A stretch of DNA of 64,000 nt, taken from contig NC_073398.1 of assembly GCF_028641065.1 (NCBI RefSeq), positions 21,514,001 through 21,578,000 on the forward strand, written 5' to 3'. Shown here one piece after another: positions 26,570 to 38,566 of the stretch. This stretch comes from Leucoraja erinacea. Lineage: Eukaryota. Both the position numbers and the translations under genes were made by a program. Below the pieces are notes generated by a model that was not told the DNA's origin, searched no databases, and saw only the letters and a list, made by a program, of their open reading frames with translations. Each line of letters opens with the position of its first letter. Position 1 is the stretch's first letter.

Positions 26570-27052
26570 TACAGTGGCACAGCGGTAGAGTTGCTGCTTT
26601 ACAGCACCAGAGATCCAGGTTCGATCCTGACTACTGGTGCTGTCGTTATGGAGTTTATAGGTTCTCCCTGTGATCGCGTGGGTGCTCCAGTTTCCTCCCA
26701 CACTCTAACGATGTAGAGATTTGTGGGTTTATTGGCTTTTGTGAACTCCATAGTGTGCAGGATAGAACTAATGTATGGGTGATCGCTGATCGACGTGGAT
26801 TCAGTGAGTCGAAATGTCCTGTTCCAATGCTGTATCTCAAATCTAATCTAAAACAATCCAACATAATCTACACATTGCAGATCAAATTACAGATACAACA
26901 TTTACAGGACATTTGGAATCGGTGCATGGATAGGACAGGTTTAGGGATATGCGCCAAACGTCAGCAGGTGGGACTAGTATAGATGGGGTATCTTGGTCGG
27001 CATGAGAAAGTTGGGCCAAATGGACCTTTTCCGTGCTGTATGACTCTGACTC
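26570..27052 (+). mobile_element. V-SINE (~26570-26855) followed by a CR1 3' tail (~26893-27052)
   Basis: gtggcacagcggtagagttgctg...ggttcgatcctg; ggacatttggaatcggtgcatggatagg...gctgtatgactct. Confidence 0.8.
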
Positions 27053-27632
27053 TAAAATACAGATACACCAGAATACAAAATACTGTAGATCCTAGGCATC
27101 TGATCCACACCACTGGTCAGATTCTTTAAACTTTACTGCTGCATCTTGCAAGCTTTTGTTTCATTAAAATAGCCATGGAGGTATGTATTCTGTTCCTTTT
27201 GAAGCGCCTTTTTGACAGGTTGTACTTGGCTCTGTTTATTATTTCACACTATATCTCCCCTGTAAGGCATCTTTCTTTAAAAAAGGCAGTGATCTTTATT
27301 GTATTATCTTCCACTGGGAGGTTTCACTGAGGCTTCTTCCAAAATTAGCTGTTCTTGGCATTATGTGTTTGTTGCAAACAAGCTAAAGCAGAAGATAAAT
27401 GTTTGTTTCACCTTCATTGGTCATGCTTTTGATTGTCAAATAAAAGTCTGATAAAATGCACTAAGAGCGAACATTGTAAATTAAATCATTTTAAAGACTA
27501 ACTGACATGTTAGGGGCAGTGGGTTGCCTTTTGGTATGTTCAAGCCTTGCAGTGAAATGTAGGTGAGAAACATATTGATTTATTGGGGCCTATGACGTTG
27601 AACCAATTTGCAAATCCTCTGCTATCTTCAAC

Positions 27633-27706
27633 AGCTGCGGCTCGCCTGCAGTCCGTCTGTTTTCTTTTGTCTTGTTCTAGTTAAATTTTAGTTTATTAGG
27701 TTGTGC

Positions 27707-27737
<31 letters not shown>

Positions 27738-28432
27738 GGGGGGGGGAACATGTTTTTTTGTCTCTTCGGGGGAATGCGACTCTTCTTGTCGTATCCTCCT
27801 TCTCTGCCTCTGTCTGCGCTGAGGCCTAATGGCGGAGCTGGTGGCCTCCAACTGCAAACTGACCTCAAGGCTCTGGAGGCAGAGCCAGCCAGGACTTACC
27901 AACGCGAGGCTGTCCGAATTCGTAGCTGAGGCGGCGTTCCGGTGGTGGTGGCCCGGCTTCGGGGCTTCGCGGCTGAGGCGGAGTTCCGGCTGAGGCGACC
28001 TGAATTCGGGGCTCAGCCGCGGGCCCAGTGGACGGCATCGTCGGGAGCTCGCAGGTCACAGGTTGGTGACCTGTTTTTCCGGAGCTCCTGCAACTACAGC
28101 TGCGTCCGCTGGACTGGAAGGTGGCAGCTTTGGCAGCTTCTACCACCCCAGGCCACGGAGCTTGAACCGGCCCATTCGCGGAGCTCAGTTGAGCTGCGGG
28201 ACTTATTCACCATCATCCAGTGGGGTCACAACATCTGAAGCCTGGATCGCCTCCGCACAGAGGGAGAACAAGGAGGGAAGAGACAGAGACTTTTTGCCCC
28301 CATCACAGTGAGGAGGTGCCTGGTGAACTCACTGTGGTGGATGTTAATTTTGTTTATTGTATGTTTTGTTATTTATTATCATATGTATGACCGAAGGGTC
28401 TGAATGACAATAAAGGAATTCAATCCAATCCA
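27633..28432 (+). mobile_element. GC-rich non-coding retro-element (diverged relative of the 25.4 and 62 kb family)
   Basis: Shares the 5' ctgcagtccgtctg, T-rich and (GT)n-G-run head, the 3' ccatcacag...ggatgttaat, and the atgacaataaa plus (CAATC)n tail. Confidence 0.7.
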
Positions 28433-29194
28433 AAAACCTCTTGATGTGGAGTAACTAACGCAGATGGTTTTGTAGTAGTGGGTCTAAAATAGCCTCAAAT
28501 TCATCCCCAACATGCCAAGAATGAGAAGATACCTCCATCACTGACTATAATATGACCTCTGCGAACCCCTTCAGGCCTTTGTTCCTATTCTAGCCAATGC
28601 TATGCCTGAGGCCACCTTTACACACCCCACCATACCCTCCTCCCCATCTCACTCATATTCCCATCCGCATTCTATCACCAGCTGCAATTTAAACATCAAG
28701 GAATTCAGCCACTTAGACCTTGCACTTTGCAACTCCTTTGCCGTGATTTATTTTGTATATGAATTACTTGAAAGGTTTTAGTAAGTTTTATACACAATTT
28801 TTCTGCGCCCTGGGCTTTATGCCACAAGGTAAACACAAAAAAACCATTTCCCAAGGAGAACCCAGAAGCAAGGTCACGAGTCTTCAAAGGGTTTTCCAAG
28901 TAATGCAAATGAATTGATTGCATTGACATCTGAAGTCATTCAATTGGTTGTGCTTTTGCTTCTAAGAGGGTTGGGGGAGGACAATGGAGGACCTGGCTTT
29001 GGTGGAACCGCCGTGAGGGCGGGGTGGGTGAAGGGGAGAACAAAGGGGGACCTGGCGCGGATACTGTGTATACTTTGCAACTTTGTCAGCGCTCTTATGT
29101 GGCGACTGTTTGCATACCACGGGTATGCAAGCAAAGAATTTCACTGTGACCTGTCATATGTGACAACCAAGTCTTCATTCACTCATTCAAGTCG

Positions 29195-29480
29195 GTCTTG
29201 AACACATACATTTGTGCTGGAACCTCTGCGGGCGCCTCAGGAGGTCTGCTCTGAGGTGCTATTTCAGATGAAACTGGAACATACGAGACCTTGCGTGGCC
29301 TCTTGATGGATGGAAGCGACGCCATTCTCAAAGAAAATGCGATTATATCTGGTGTCCTTGCCAATATTTATGGCTGTCAACAATTGATTAATTTGTTGTG
29401 TGCAAGCTAGCTCCCAAGATTCCATGCATTTCAAATTGACTCTGTTGGTTGTAAAGCATTTTGAGATGTTGTGAATGGGA
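29195..29480 (+). mobile_element. Old Deu-domain SINE remnant (SacSINE1/AmnSINE1-like)
   Basis: ggtgtccttgccaatatttat...ttgttgtgtgcaagctagct...ttggttgtaaagcattttgagatg resembles the Deu core and tail. Confidence 0.55.
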
Positions 29481-29904
29481 TGTGATACTGTAATCCCCAT
29501 ATCAATGCAATTCATTATGGTGCAAATTTCCAGCACATGTCTGATGTATTTTGTAAAATGTTTTGTCACTCTTCCGTGCCATTGATTTGAACTTTATATT
29601 AACCAAAATCAAATCCTGGTTGATTCAGGCAGCAAATGGTTGATACTGGATTCTGAGGGCAGGCTTTCAGAAAGCTTGGAAGCCATTAAGACAGAAGTCA
29701 AGTTTTACTTATGAGTATGAAGTAGGAAGATAAATAAGGTGATCCAACTATGAGTAGTCTTATCAGTTGATCATTTATTTTTGTTTTTATGTTGTAATGT
29801 ACAATATCTCAATTTCATCTGTATTCAGTATACCTGAAAGAGGGCAGAGAACACAAGGCAACATAATTTACATTATATCTTTCAGTGGCAATAAATATTT
29901 ATTG

Positions 29905-30200
29905 ATTGAAAGATACAGCTTGGAAACAGGCCCTTCAGCCCATCAAATCCATGCTGACCATTGATCATCCATTCACACTGGTTCTATGTTTTCCCATTTT
30001 CGCATTGAATCCCTACACACCAGGGGCACCTTACAGAGGCTGAAACCGTCACATCTTTGTGATATGGAAGGAAACCAGAGCACACAGAGGAATGTCACAG
30101 GGAGAACATGAAAACTCCAGACTGACAGCACCCTAGGTCAGGATCGGTCCTGGGTTTCTGGCGCTGTGAGGCAGCAACTCTACCAGCCGCCCCTTTGTGT
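29905..30200 (-). mobile_element. HE1-like V-SINE
   Basis: Reverse complement of the SINE, ending ctggcgctgtgaggcagcaactctacc. Confidence 0.82.
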
Positions 30201-30233
30201 CGTCCTCTGTACCACTGCACCTTCCTCATAAAG

Positions 30234-31785
30234 TAGCAATTTTACCAAATTTTAAAGTTTAAAAAAACCAAGTCTGCAATTTATCCCATCAGATAAAGCA
30301 TAAAAAGAAGTTTAATTTGACACCTAATTCACTTTCATATCTTCAGTATTAAAAAAGTTATGGCCATTTTCATACTCGGAAATTAGCATCTTATTTCCTA
30401 TCGCTTTTCCATTGACTTAACACAAAAGCTGTGATCGAGGACAGTCAAAAGCCCATAACATTCTTAAAAATCAAGAACTGAATGAAATTTTCAGTTATTA
30501 TAGATTGAAGCATTCTGAAACAAATATAAAACATCTTACTTGGATGACCTGAAATTAAAGCATATAATTAGTTAATTATCTAATTGTAGTTAATTACAAA
30601 ATTGCCCGTTGTGACGGAAATAGTAATAAACACCCAGACTGCCTTGAAAATTCAAAAATGTGATATTCTCAAGATCAGAACTTTAATATTATTGTATTAT
30701 ATGCTGTAAGTCCGTAACAGATAGGTAAATAAATTACAATTTCTAGCAATAGACCAAGTCTTTATGAAGAAGATCAGTTGCTAGCTGGTACATTGGCATA
30801 TCATAATCAGTAGCATCATCATACTCCTCAGATTGTAACCAATAAGCAATTCAGTACACCTTGTTGTTCCTCAACTTTTCCATTTTGGCATTGTAAACTA
30901 CAAGTTTTTGCTCTCAAACCACGCATGACATGCCTTTCTGCCCACTACTTTCCCATTAAGAATGTCCTGTACATTCCATTTCTTAAGAAAATGATATATT
31001 TTTAAAATAGCCTAAGTATCCAAATAACAAACTAATCGCATTCACACAAGAATTCACAATAAAACATGATTTTTAAATCTCACAGTAATGAATTTATATG
31101 CCAGATGGAAGGAATTTAATGTTTAATTCCCATAAATTAAGCTAGAAACATCCACTCAATATAATTAAAATCATTTATTTTTTTGCACAATACATGGGAC
31201 TAAAACTGATATTTAGTATGAAAATATTGACTATGGATAGACAACAACACAAAATATAGACGATTGAGATGCTCTTATGACATGTTTGTCTATAAAAAAA
31301 GAGCATTTAAATCACCTTGCGAGTTGGTTTTCTGGAACACGATCGATTGGAACGTTGCATTTACGCCGAATTTGAACCCCATATCGGCAGAAAAAACACT
31401 GTCGGTTCGTATGCGGCCCAAATCACATGTTTGCAATGTAAAATTTGATTAAAGCCATCCCAAGAAATAAGATTATATGTAAAATAAACGATTTACATTT
31501 TGTTTTGTCCCGTTCTTGCGATCCGTCACATTGTAGGCGTTGAGGGCATTAAAAGTCGCTTTTTATTTTAATGTAATTATTAAATTGTCTTGCGATTTAA
31601 AAAAAAAAAAAATCGGGAACGGAAGTCGGATCAATTTTTCTTCAGCAGCTAGCAGCCCGAAGAAATCCGCCTCCGATAAGCAGTAGAAAACGGCATTTTA
31701 ATCCCACCCCCCCCTCCTCAAAGTCGCGCACACGGCCAGTGGCAGACCTGCAGCGCCGCTGAAGGTATGTTTTGTAACATTGTTA
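30234..31785. mobile_element. Non-autonomous TIR DNA transposon, 1552 bp, superfamily unclear
   Basis: TSD cataaag 30227-30233 / 31786-31792; imperfect 16-bp TIR TAGCAATTTTACCAAA vs TAACAATGTTACAAAA; no long ORF. Confidence 0.75.
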
Positions 31786-31937
31786 CATAAAGAACAAACA
31801 ATGCAGGGCTGTGGAAACATTTTGTTCATTAGTTTTATAATTCTCAGTCTTCATTGAGAATCTGCTCCCTGTACAAATGAGAGTGTAAAACGTATTGGTT
31901 TCCCCATATACTGAACAAATCTCACTATTTATTTTAG

Positions 31938-32016
31938 GTGCGAGTGTTCACTTTTTCAGTTGGTCAGCACAACTACGATAAAGGGCCGTTGCAGTGGATG
32001 GCCTGCACTAATAAAG
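31938..32016 (+). CDS. CACNA2D1: CACNA2D1 exon ~13 (79 nt)
   Basis: attttag|GTG...AAAG|gtatct; [26 protein letters not shown](G); ends in phase 1. Confidence 0.97.
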
Positions 32017-32110
32017 GTATCTGTAACCTGACATTTTAGCAATTCCGATTCCAATTTACACCAAAATGATTTTTGATTCTGTTTAACATGTTTTTGTTTT
32101 ATATTTTCAG

Positions 32111-32160
32111 GCTACTTTTTTGAAATCCCTTCCATTGGAGCAATTCGTATAAACACACAG
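32111..32160 (+). CDS. CACNA2D1: CACNA2D1 exon ~14 (50 nt), after a 94-nt intron
   Basis: attttcag|GC TAC...CAG|gtagta; (G)YFFEIPSIGAIRINTQ; phase matches the previous exon. Confidence 0.96.
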
Positions 32161-33384
32161 GTAGTAATATTAAAGTGTAATTTACTACGTCGAGCTTGCT
32201 TGCTACTTTGTCAAACATGCTTCAAGTAAAAGATACAAGCTGGAAATTCTCAGCAGGTCCAGGCAACATCTGTGGAGAGAACCCCTTGATGACTTTTTGT
32301 GAAATGTCCTCCTGTTTCCTCCTGCACATACGCTGCTTGCCCTGCAAACTATCTGCAGCATTTTATGTTTTATGTTATAATTGGACAAAGAATAATTTGT
32401 TGGTAAATAATGTTGGAAAGTTTTCATAAAGTTTTCATTCATTCATTCATTCATAAATTATTTGGTAGTGAAATTGTGTAGTGAGAATTTTCAATTATCT
32501 TTGAAATATCCAAGAATAGCAAAAACTGACCAGAGCCAAGAGTTTGCTTTTATTTTGTCATCAATGATTTATCTATGCTCACCTTCTTCCATCCCTGTTA
32601 GTTATGAAGAATGATATTGCTTCAGACCTGAGTGAATGCACGAGAGTTCAGACACACTCAATCTAGTTAGGTTGCTGGTAGAAGATCCATTTACTCCTGT
32701 GGCCTGAGATTCTGAAATGCGTAGTTGGTAAATCTGAGTTAAATCCTTAAGTTAACGAGCCTTCAGCTCATCAATGCACACATGTTAGCATTTATGACAA
32801 TTATTTTGGAGGTCAATTATTTTGGAAAATAATGTTGGGAGCTGCTTTGCCAATGTACATTAACCAATCTTGTTTCTTGCTTAATGCCAAAAGCAGTGCT
32901 CATGAAATCCAGCTGTACCTCGTGCCAAATGAAGGCCTGTTTTACTCGTGCCATAGACTAGGTTTATTCAAGGCTGTAACAGTATGCACTGTAAACACTC
33001 TGAGAGAACCCAGTGTTTCAATGATCCGTAGCACTTGTATATACACATAACACAATGGTTACAAGTGGATCTTACATTTTTGAAATTATTCATCGTTGAT
33101 CAATGTCTCTGTACCCTTTCATCTTAACCTTAACCTCCTGTTCCCTGTTATTTAAAAAACCATTCTCCCATTTGTCTAACAAATGAATGCAATAAAATAC
33201 ACAATTTCCTGATCAGTTTTATTGCTCTCAGCCTGGTTTACAACCCCCGATAGTTTAACTTCAGCAAGCTATGCCTTGGAATCTAAATGTACTCACAAAT
33301 CTTTCTAGCCACTGCCAATGATCCTGAAATTCCCTTCACTAGGTTGCTCTTTTCTCATCATGCTTCCCCAAAATTTAAGCTCTG

Positions 33385-33475
33385 GACTCAGTAGGTCAGG
33401 CAGCATCTCTGGGGAAAAGGAATAGGTGTCGTTTTGGGTCGAGACCCTTCATCAGACTGAGAGACAGGGAGGGGG
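33385..33475 (-). mobile_element. Penelope-LTR remnant
   Basis: actcagtaggtcaggcagcatctctggggaaaaggaatagg...gggtcgagacccttcatcagact. Confidence 0.7.
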
Positions 33476-35056
33476 ATCAATCCCTGATGGTTGCTCACTG
33501 CTGAGAGTTCTTTCCACCTGGTCAGACACCTTGGATGTAGGGACTTGGTTCATCTGATCCTGCACATCCAAAGAGACTGAATCCGGGTAGGCAGCCTTGG
33601 GGCAGTGAGTGCAAACACAGAGCCAAGATCAGCACCAACTGGCCCAGTGAACAGAGGGTCAGCTTTATTGAAGCAGGAAATTTAGTTCATGAATCACTGC
33701 AGTTCGAACAAGACATTTTATTCAAGATACAGATGAAAATGTTGGTACTTCTGAACTAAATCTGAGACTGCTGAACTCCCTCAAGTCTCCAAAAATTCCC
33801 TGACCAAACCACAATTAAAGTTTCTGACTTCAAAGGAGCAGGTCGTTCTAAACACAGCTACATGCTGTACGGCAGAGCAATAAGCCATGCTGTAATGATC
33901 CTGTTATTCCGAATCCAGGAGGTATAGGAGTTAATATCAAAGACATTCACTTGCTGCATTCTTAGACCCCAGGGACGGACATTGTGCAGAGCCTTGACCA
34001 GACTCCATCTGTATTCAGTTTACCACAGGATGGTTATATATTGGCTGGAAAGGAATTGAAGCTTATTGGATTACTGGCTGCAAGATTCTGGCTTGTAAAC
34101 TGTGGAATGTTGAAGTTTGAAGGATGATCCTCCCAAGGGATACGATGGATTAATGCAGGGAAATTATTTCTTGAGGGACAGTGCAGAACAAGTCAGGATA
34201 TTCCCGAAGTGAGGGCCGGGACATTCAATGAGCACTTTTTCACACATAGAGGAAATCTGAAAATGTTTACGATTGATAGATTTGATTGAAGTTTGCATGA
34301 TGGACATCAATAAGTTCTTGTTGAAGGGTTGGAAGCTCAAGTGTGCTTCAGGAGAGATTGCGCTGAATGCAAAACATGGTGTTGGGGGGGGAAGTGGAGG
34401 GAGCAGGGGTTGGGCTTGTGTCCCTCAAAGATGGCTGCCTTACACATGGGAGAGCCTTTTGACGTTGTACTAATGACTATTATATGTATGATACTCCAAA
34501 AAACCTAAACTGTCTTTATAGGTTAGTTGTCGGGAGAATTAATCCTGGCATCCTTAAAGATGGAAGTTGATCAAAACTAGGGACTCTCCCATGCGCGTAT
34601 TTGGAGGGCCCTGCACGCTCTGACATTTGGGTTCATGTGCCCCTGGGCTCCGTCACCTCCTTCCTGACACCCTGCCAAGCTTCCATTGTCTCTCAGTCTC
34701 ATTTTCCTGGAGGAAGCAGACTACAAGCTTTATCTAAAAGCAAGCTTCTTCACATAAAGCAGAATTTTAATTCCAGGGTGGTAACATTGCAATTTCCAAC
34801 AACTAAAACCTCTTGAGTAAAAAAAAATAATTCCACTTGCATTCTTCACCATTTCTCAGCAAGAAACTGCTTTGGTGCTACTGATCAACCAAACAATGGC
34901 TTAAAAAACACTAATACACTGAGTGCTTTGTTTCCTTAATGATTCACATCCAGAAAGTTGCACCAGAAAGCCAGAGTTATTTTTTGTGCGTTACATTGTC
35001 GAGAATTTCTGCCGACTGGTTTTGAGTGATACGTTATTCCATATTCATTTATTTAG

Positions 35057-35149
<93 letters not shown>

Positions 35150-35452
35150 TGATGTGAACACTTTACACTTGCACAATCTAGTAATTGTATTGCCATAGAC
35201 TTGCCATAATAATGGCCCGCATGTTAGTTTAGTTTAGAGATACGTCATGGAAGCAGGCCCTTTGGCCCACTGAATCCACTCCAATCGTTGCTCAGCTGCT
35301 CTCACTCGTCTGTTATCCCATTTTGTTCCCACTCCATATGCACATGGGTCAATTTTATACAGAGGCCAATTAACCTACAAACTCGCACCCATCTTTGGGA
35401 TGTGGGATGTAACTGATGTGAGTTAGCCTGAAAATAACTCGTTATTGTTTGA

Positions 35453-35637
35453 GGAGGGAACTGCAGATGCTGGTTTAAACAGAAGATAGTCAAAAAGTGC
35501 TGGAGTAACTCAGCGGGACAGGCAGCATCACTGGAGAGAAGGAATGGGTGACGTTTCGGGTCGGGACCCTTCTTCAGACTGATGTCAGGGGAATGTTGCA
35601 TGTCCCGCTGAGTTACACTAGCACTTTGTGACTATCT
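35453..35637 (-). mobile_element. Short Penelope-LTR-derived element with a partial inverted LTR copy and an intact minimal hammerhead core
   Basis: 14-bp TSD tcgttattgtttga 35439-35452 / 35638-35651; inverted halves; minus-strand core at 35548-35579. Confidence 0.82.
35548..35579 (-). ncRNA. Putative minimal type I hammerhead ribozyme motif
   Basis: GU-CUGAAGA-A-GGGU(CCCG)ACCC-GAAA-CG-UC-AC: full core, stem II and palindromic ACGU helix III, but only 2 bp of immediate stem I. Confidence 0.6.
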
Positions 35638-35797
35638 TCGTTATTGTTTGATTTGTGTTGTAATATCAAAATTATTGTTAGTCCAAGAAAGAAAGTTTGA
35701 CACATGATTATTGCAGTTTTATGCCAAGGGTATTTCACAAAGGTGGGGATTTCAAAATGTTTAAACTATGATATTTTGGTTTCATAAGTGTTCATCT

Positions 35798-36107
35798 AGT
35801 GGCACAGGGCGCAGCGGTAAAGTTGCTGCATTACAGCGCCAGGGACCCAGGTTCAATCCTGACTATGGGTGCTGTCTGTACTGAGTTTGTACTTTTCCCT
35901 GTGACCTTGTGGGTTTTCTCTGGGTGCTCTTGTTTCCTTCTGTGCTCCAAAGACCTACGGGTTTGTAGGTTAATTGGCTTCAATAAAATTGTAAATTGTC
36001 CCTAGTGTGCAGTTTAGTTCCAGTATACAGGATGATCAATGGTCGGCGCAGTAGGCCAAAGGGATTGTTCCTGTGCTGTATCTCTAAAGTCTAAACTAAA
36101 GTCTAAA
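35798..36107 (+). mobile_element. HE1-like V-SINE
   Basis: tRNA head, B box ggttcaatcc, V-domain, tail ctaaagtctaaactaaag. Confidence 0.85.
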
Positions 36108-36719
36108 ATGTAATATTCAATTAATATTCTGGTTTTCTTTCTCTGGACAATTTTCAACGTGATTAGCTGCTGGGGCTGCTGGTGATATCAATGTTGCTAT
36201 TGACAGGGACACCTCTGAACTGTGACCAGACTTCAGCAAACGGGAAGATCTTGCCACAGAGGTCATTAGATCTTGGTGGGAAACTTCACTGCTGGTGGCA
36301 AATGCTTGACATTATTTTAAGAGCAGTTAAAAATAAACATAACAATGCTGCTAAAGAGTACATATTACTGGAATAATACTGATCTTGGTAACATGTAGCT
36401 TGTCGTCTTAAATTAGCGGGATAAAGGCAGTTGATGATAAGAAACAACGCGTGTAAGACACATTGTTCACTTGCTTGAAATAAACAATATGTGTGGCTGG
36501 TGGGCACTTGAAAACCCTGTTCTACTTAATGAAACGTTTATTCAAGGAAGGATGAAGATAAAAGAATGAGATAAAAGTAAACTGCAATAATAATAAACCC
36601 AGGAAGGTTGCCCAGTTGACTGAATCATTTCAGTTGGAAAAACCTGACATTTGGACGATCAACAAATAACCAAGTATTTCATCTTAATATGCAGTGAGTA
36701 ACAGGATGAGGAAGGAGGA

Positions 36720-36960
36720 CAAGTGAGAAGGAATTTCTTTGGCCAGAGGGTAGTGAATTTGTGGAATTCATTGTCACAGATGGCTGTGGAGGCCAAGATA
36801 TTGGGTAGTTTTAAAACTGAGATGAACTGGTTCTTGATTAATAAGTTATGGGGAGAAGACAGGTGAATGGGGTTGAGAGGGAAAAATAGATCAGTCGTAA
36901 TCGAATGGCGGAGCAGACTTGGTGGGCTGAATGGCCTAATTCTGCTCCTATGTCTTATGA
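36720..36960 (+). mobile_element. CR1-like LINE 3' end
   Basis: gagaaggaatttctttggccagagggtagtgaatttgtggaattc...ctgctcctatgtcttatg. Confidence 0.82.
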
Positions 36961-37267
36961 TCGAGGATTGTGCTACATTTAAATTGAACCTCTGCAAATT
37001 GATTTACATATTTTATGATTAATCATCCCCTTTAAAAATGTTTTGAAAGTTATTTAGAGCAGATTTTTTTCAGAGATGTAATTCTATCAAAAAAAAAGAT
37101 TTAATTCTTAGAGTTTATTTTCATCTTGTAAAACTGGGACTAAAACAGGATAGGAATATACTAAATGAGAATGGAATGTTTGGCATCGTTGGTGTTCATC
37201 TCTCAAAGAGCACATGGGCGGTGATATAAATGAACATGAGTTGGTGGCCCTATCTCTTTAAAAGTAA

Positions 37268-38566
37268 CTAGACCAAGTGCAGACCCGCTGGGTCTGTTCC
37301 CCCAACGCACGGTTGGGTGGGGTGGGATGGGGGAGGGGGGTGCTGCGGCTTCACACGCGCACTAACCACCCCACACACACACACGGGGTAGAGGGGGGTG
37401 AGAAGTGGGTAGTGGGAGAAGCATTGGGGAGATGGGAGGGGAGACCGCTGGGTGAGGGAGAGAGAGAGAGGGGGGGGAGTGAGAGATGGGGGAGAGCGAG
37501 AAGGGGGGAGAGAGAGAATGGGGAGAGAGAGAATGAAGGGGGGAGTGGGGGAACGGCTTGGGAGGGAAGGGGAGGGAGGGGGAGGGGGAGGGGAGGGAGG
37601 GGGAGGGAAGGGGAGGAGAGAGAGAGAGATTATAGGGGAGAGAGAGATTAGGGGGAAAGAGAGAGAGAGTAAAGAGGGGGGGAGAGAGAGGAGGGGGTGA
37701 GTGAGGGAGGGAGGGAGGGGAGGGGGGGGGGAGAGGGAGGGGAGAAGAGAGGATGCAGAGGGGGGAGAAGGGGGAGAGATGAGGGTGGATAGGGGGGGTG
37801 GAGAGGGGGAGGAGAATAGGAGGTGGAGGGGAGGAGGAGGGGGGGGTAGGGAAGGGGTGAGAGGAGGGAGGAGAGAGGGTGGTGGAGGTGGGGGGGGGGG
37901 GAGAGGGGAGGGGGAGAGGGCTGAGGTGGAGAGAGATTGGAGAGGGAGAGAGTAGAGGGGGGAGAGGGAAGAAGGGGAGGGAGAGGAGGGGCAAGAGAGA
38001 GGGGGAGGGGAGAGAGAAGGGGAGAGAGGAGGGGGAGAGTGGAGAGAGGGGGTGAAAGGAGAGACAGAGGGAGAAAGAGAGGGGAGGGGGGGGGGGAGAG
38101 AGAGAGAGTAGAGGTGATCGAGATGAGGGGGGAGTGAAGGGGTGTATGAGGGGGGGGGGGAGGTGGGCAGGGGAGAGGAGAGGAGGGGCAGAAAAGAGGG
38201 GGTTGGGGGGGAGAGAGAGAAGAGGAGGGAGGGGGAGGAGGGGGGAGAGAGGTGGAGGGGGGAGAGATGAGGAGGGGGGGGAGAGCTGGAGGGGAGAAGA
38301 CAGAGAAGGGGATGGGAGGGTGGAGGAGGGGAGGATAGGAGGGGGAGTGGTGGGGGGTGAAGAGAGAGGGTGGTAGAGAGGGAGGGGGTAGATAGGGAGG
38401 GGGGTAGGACAACTTGTTCTATTTGATTTTATTTGATTGTGCACACCGTTTCAAAACAAAACGTGGAGGAGGAAAAACTACAGGAATTTGTAAAAATGTC
38501 TCCGTTACTTCAAAGGGTGGAGGAGTAAATCCACAAATGCCTTAAATGAATTGGCATTAGTATAGA
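37268..38566 (-). mobile_element. Complete non-autonomous Helitron (1299 bp)
   Basis: Minus strand: 5' TCTATACTAATG ... 3' hairpin CAGACCC-agc-GGGTCTG, 8 nt, CTAG; inserted between host A(37267) and T(38567); no TSD. Confidence 0.85.
37385..38408 (+). repeat. ~1-kb G/A-rich low-complexity polypurine tract inside the Helitron
   Basis: Almost only G and A on + strand with many runs of three or more G. Confidence 0.97.

Noticed and set aside
37362-38444. 360-aa Pro/Leu/Ser-rich ORF and overlapping Gly/Arg/Glu ORFs
   Set aside because: Low-complexity purine/pyrimidine tract inside a Helitron; it lacks stop codons because of base composition.
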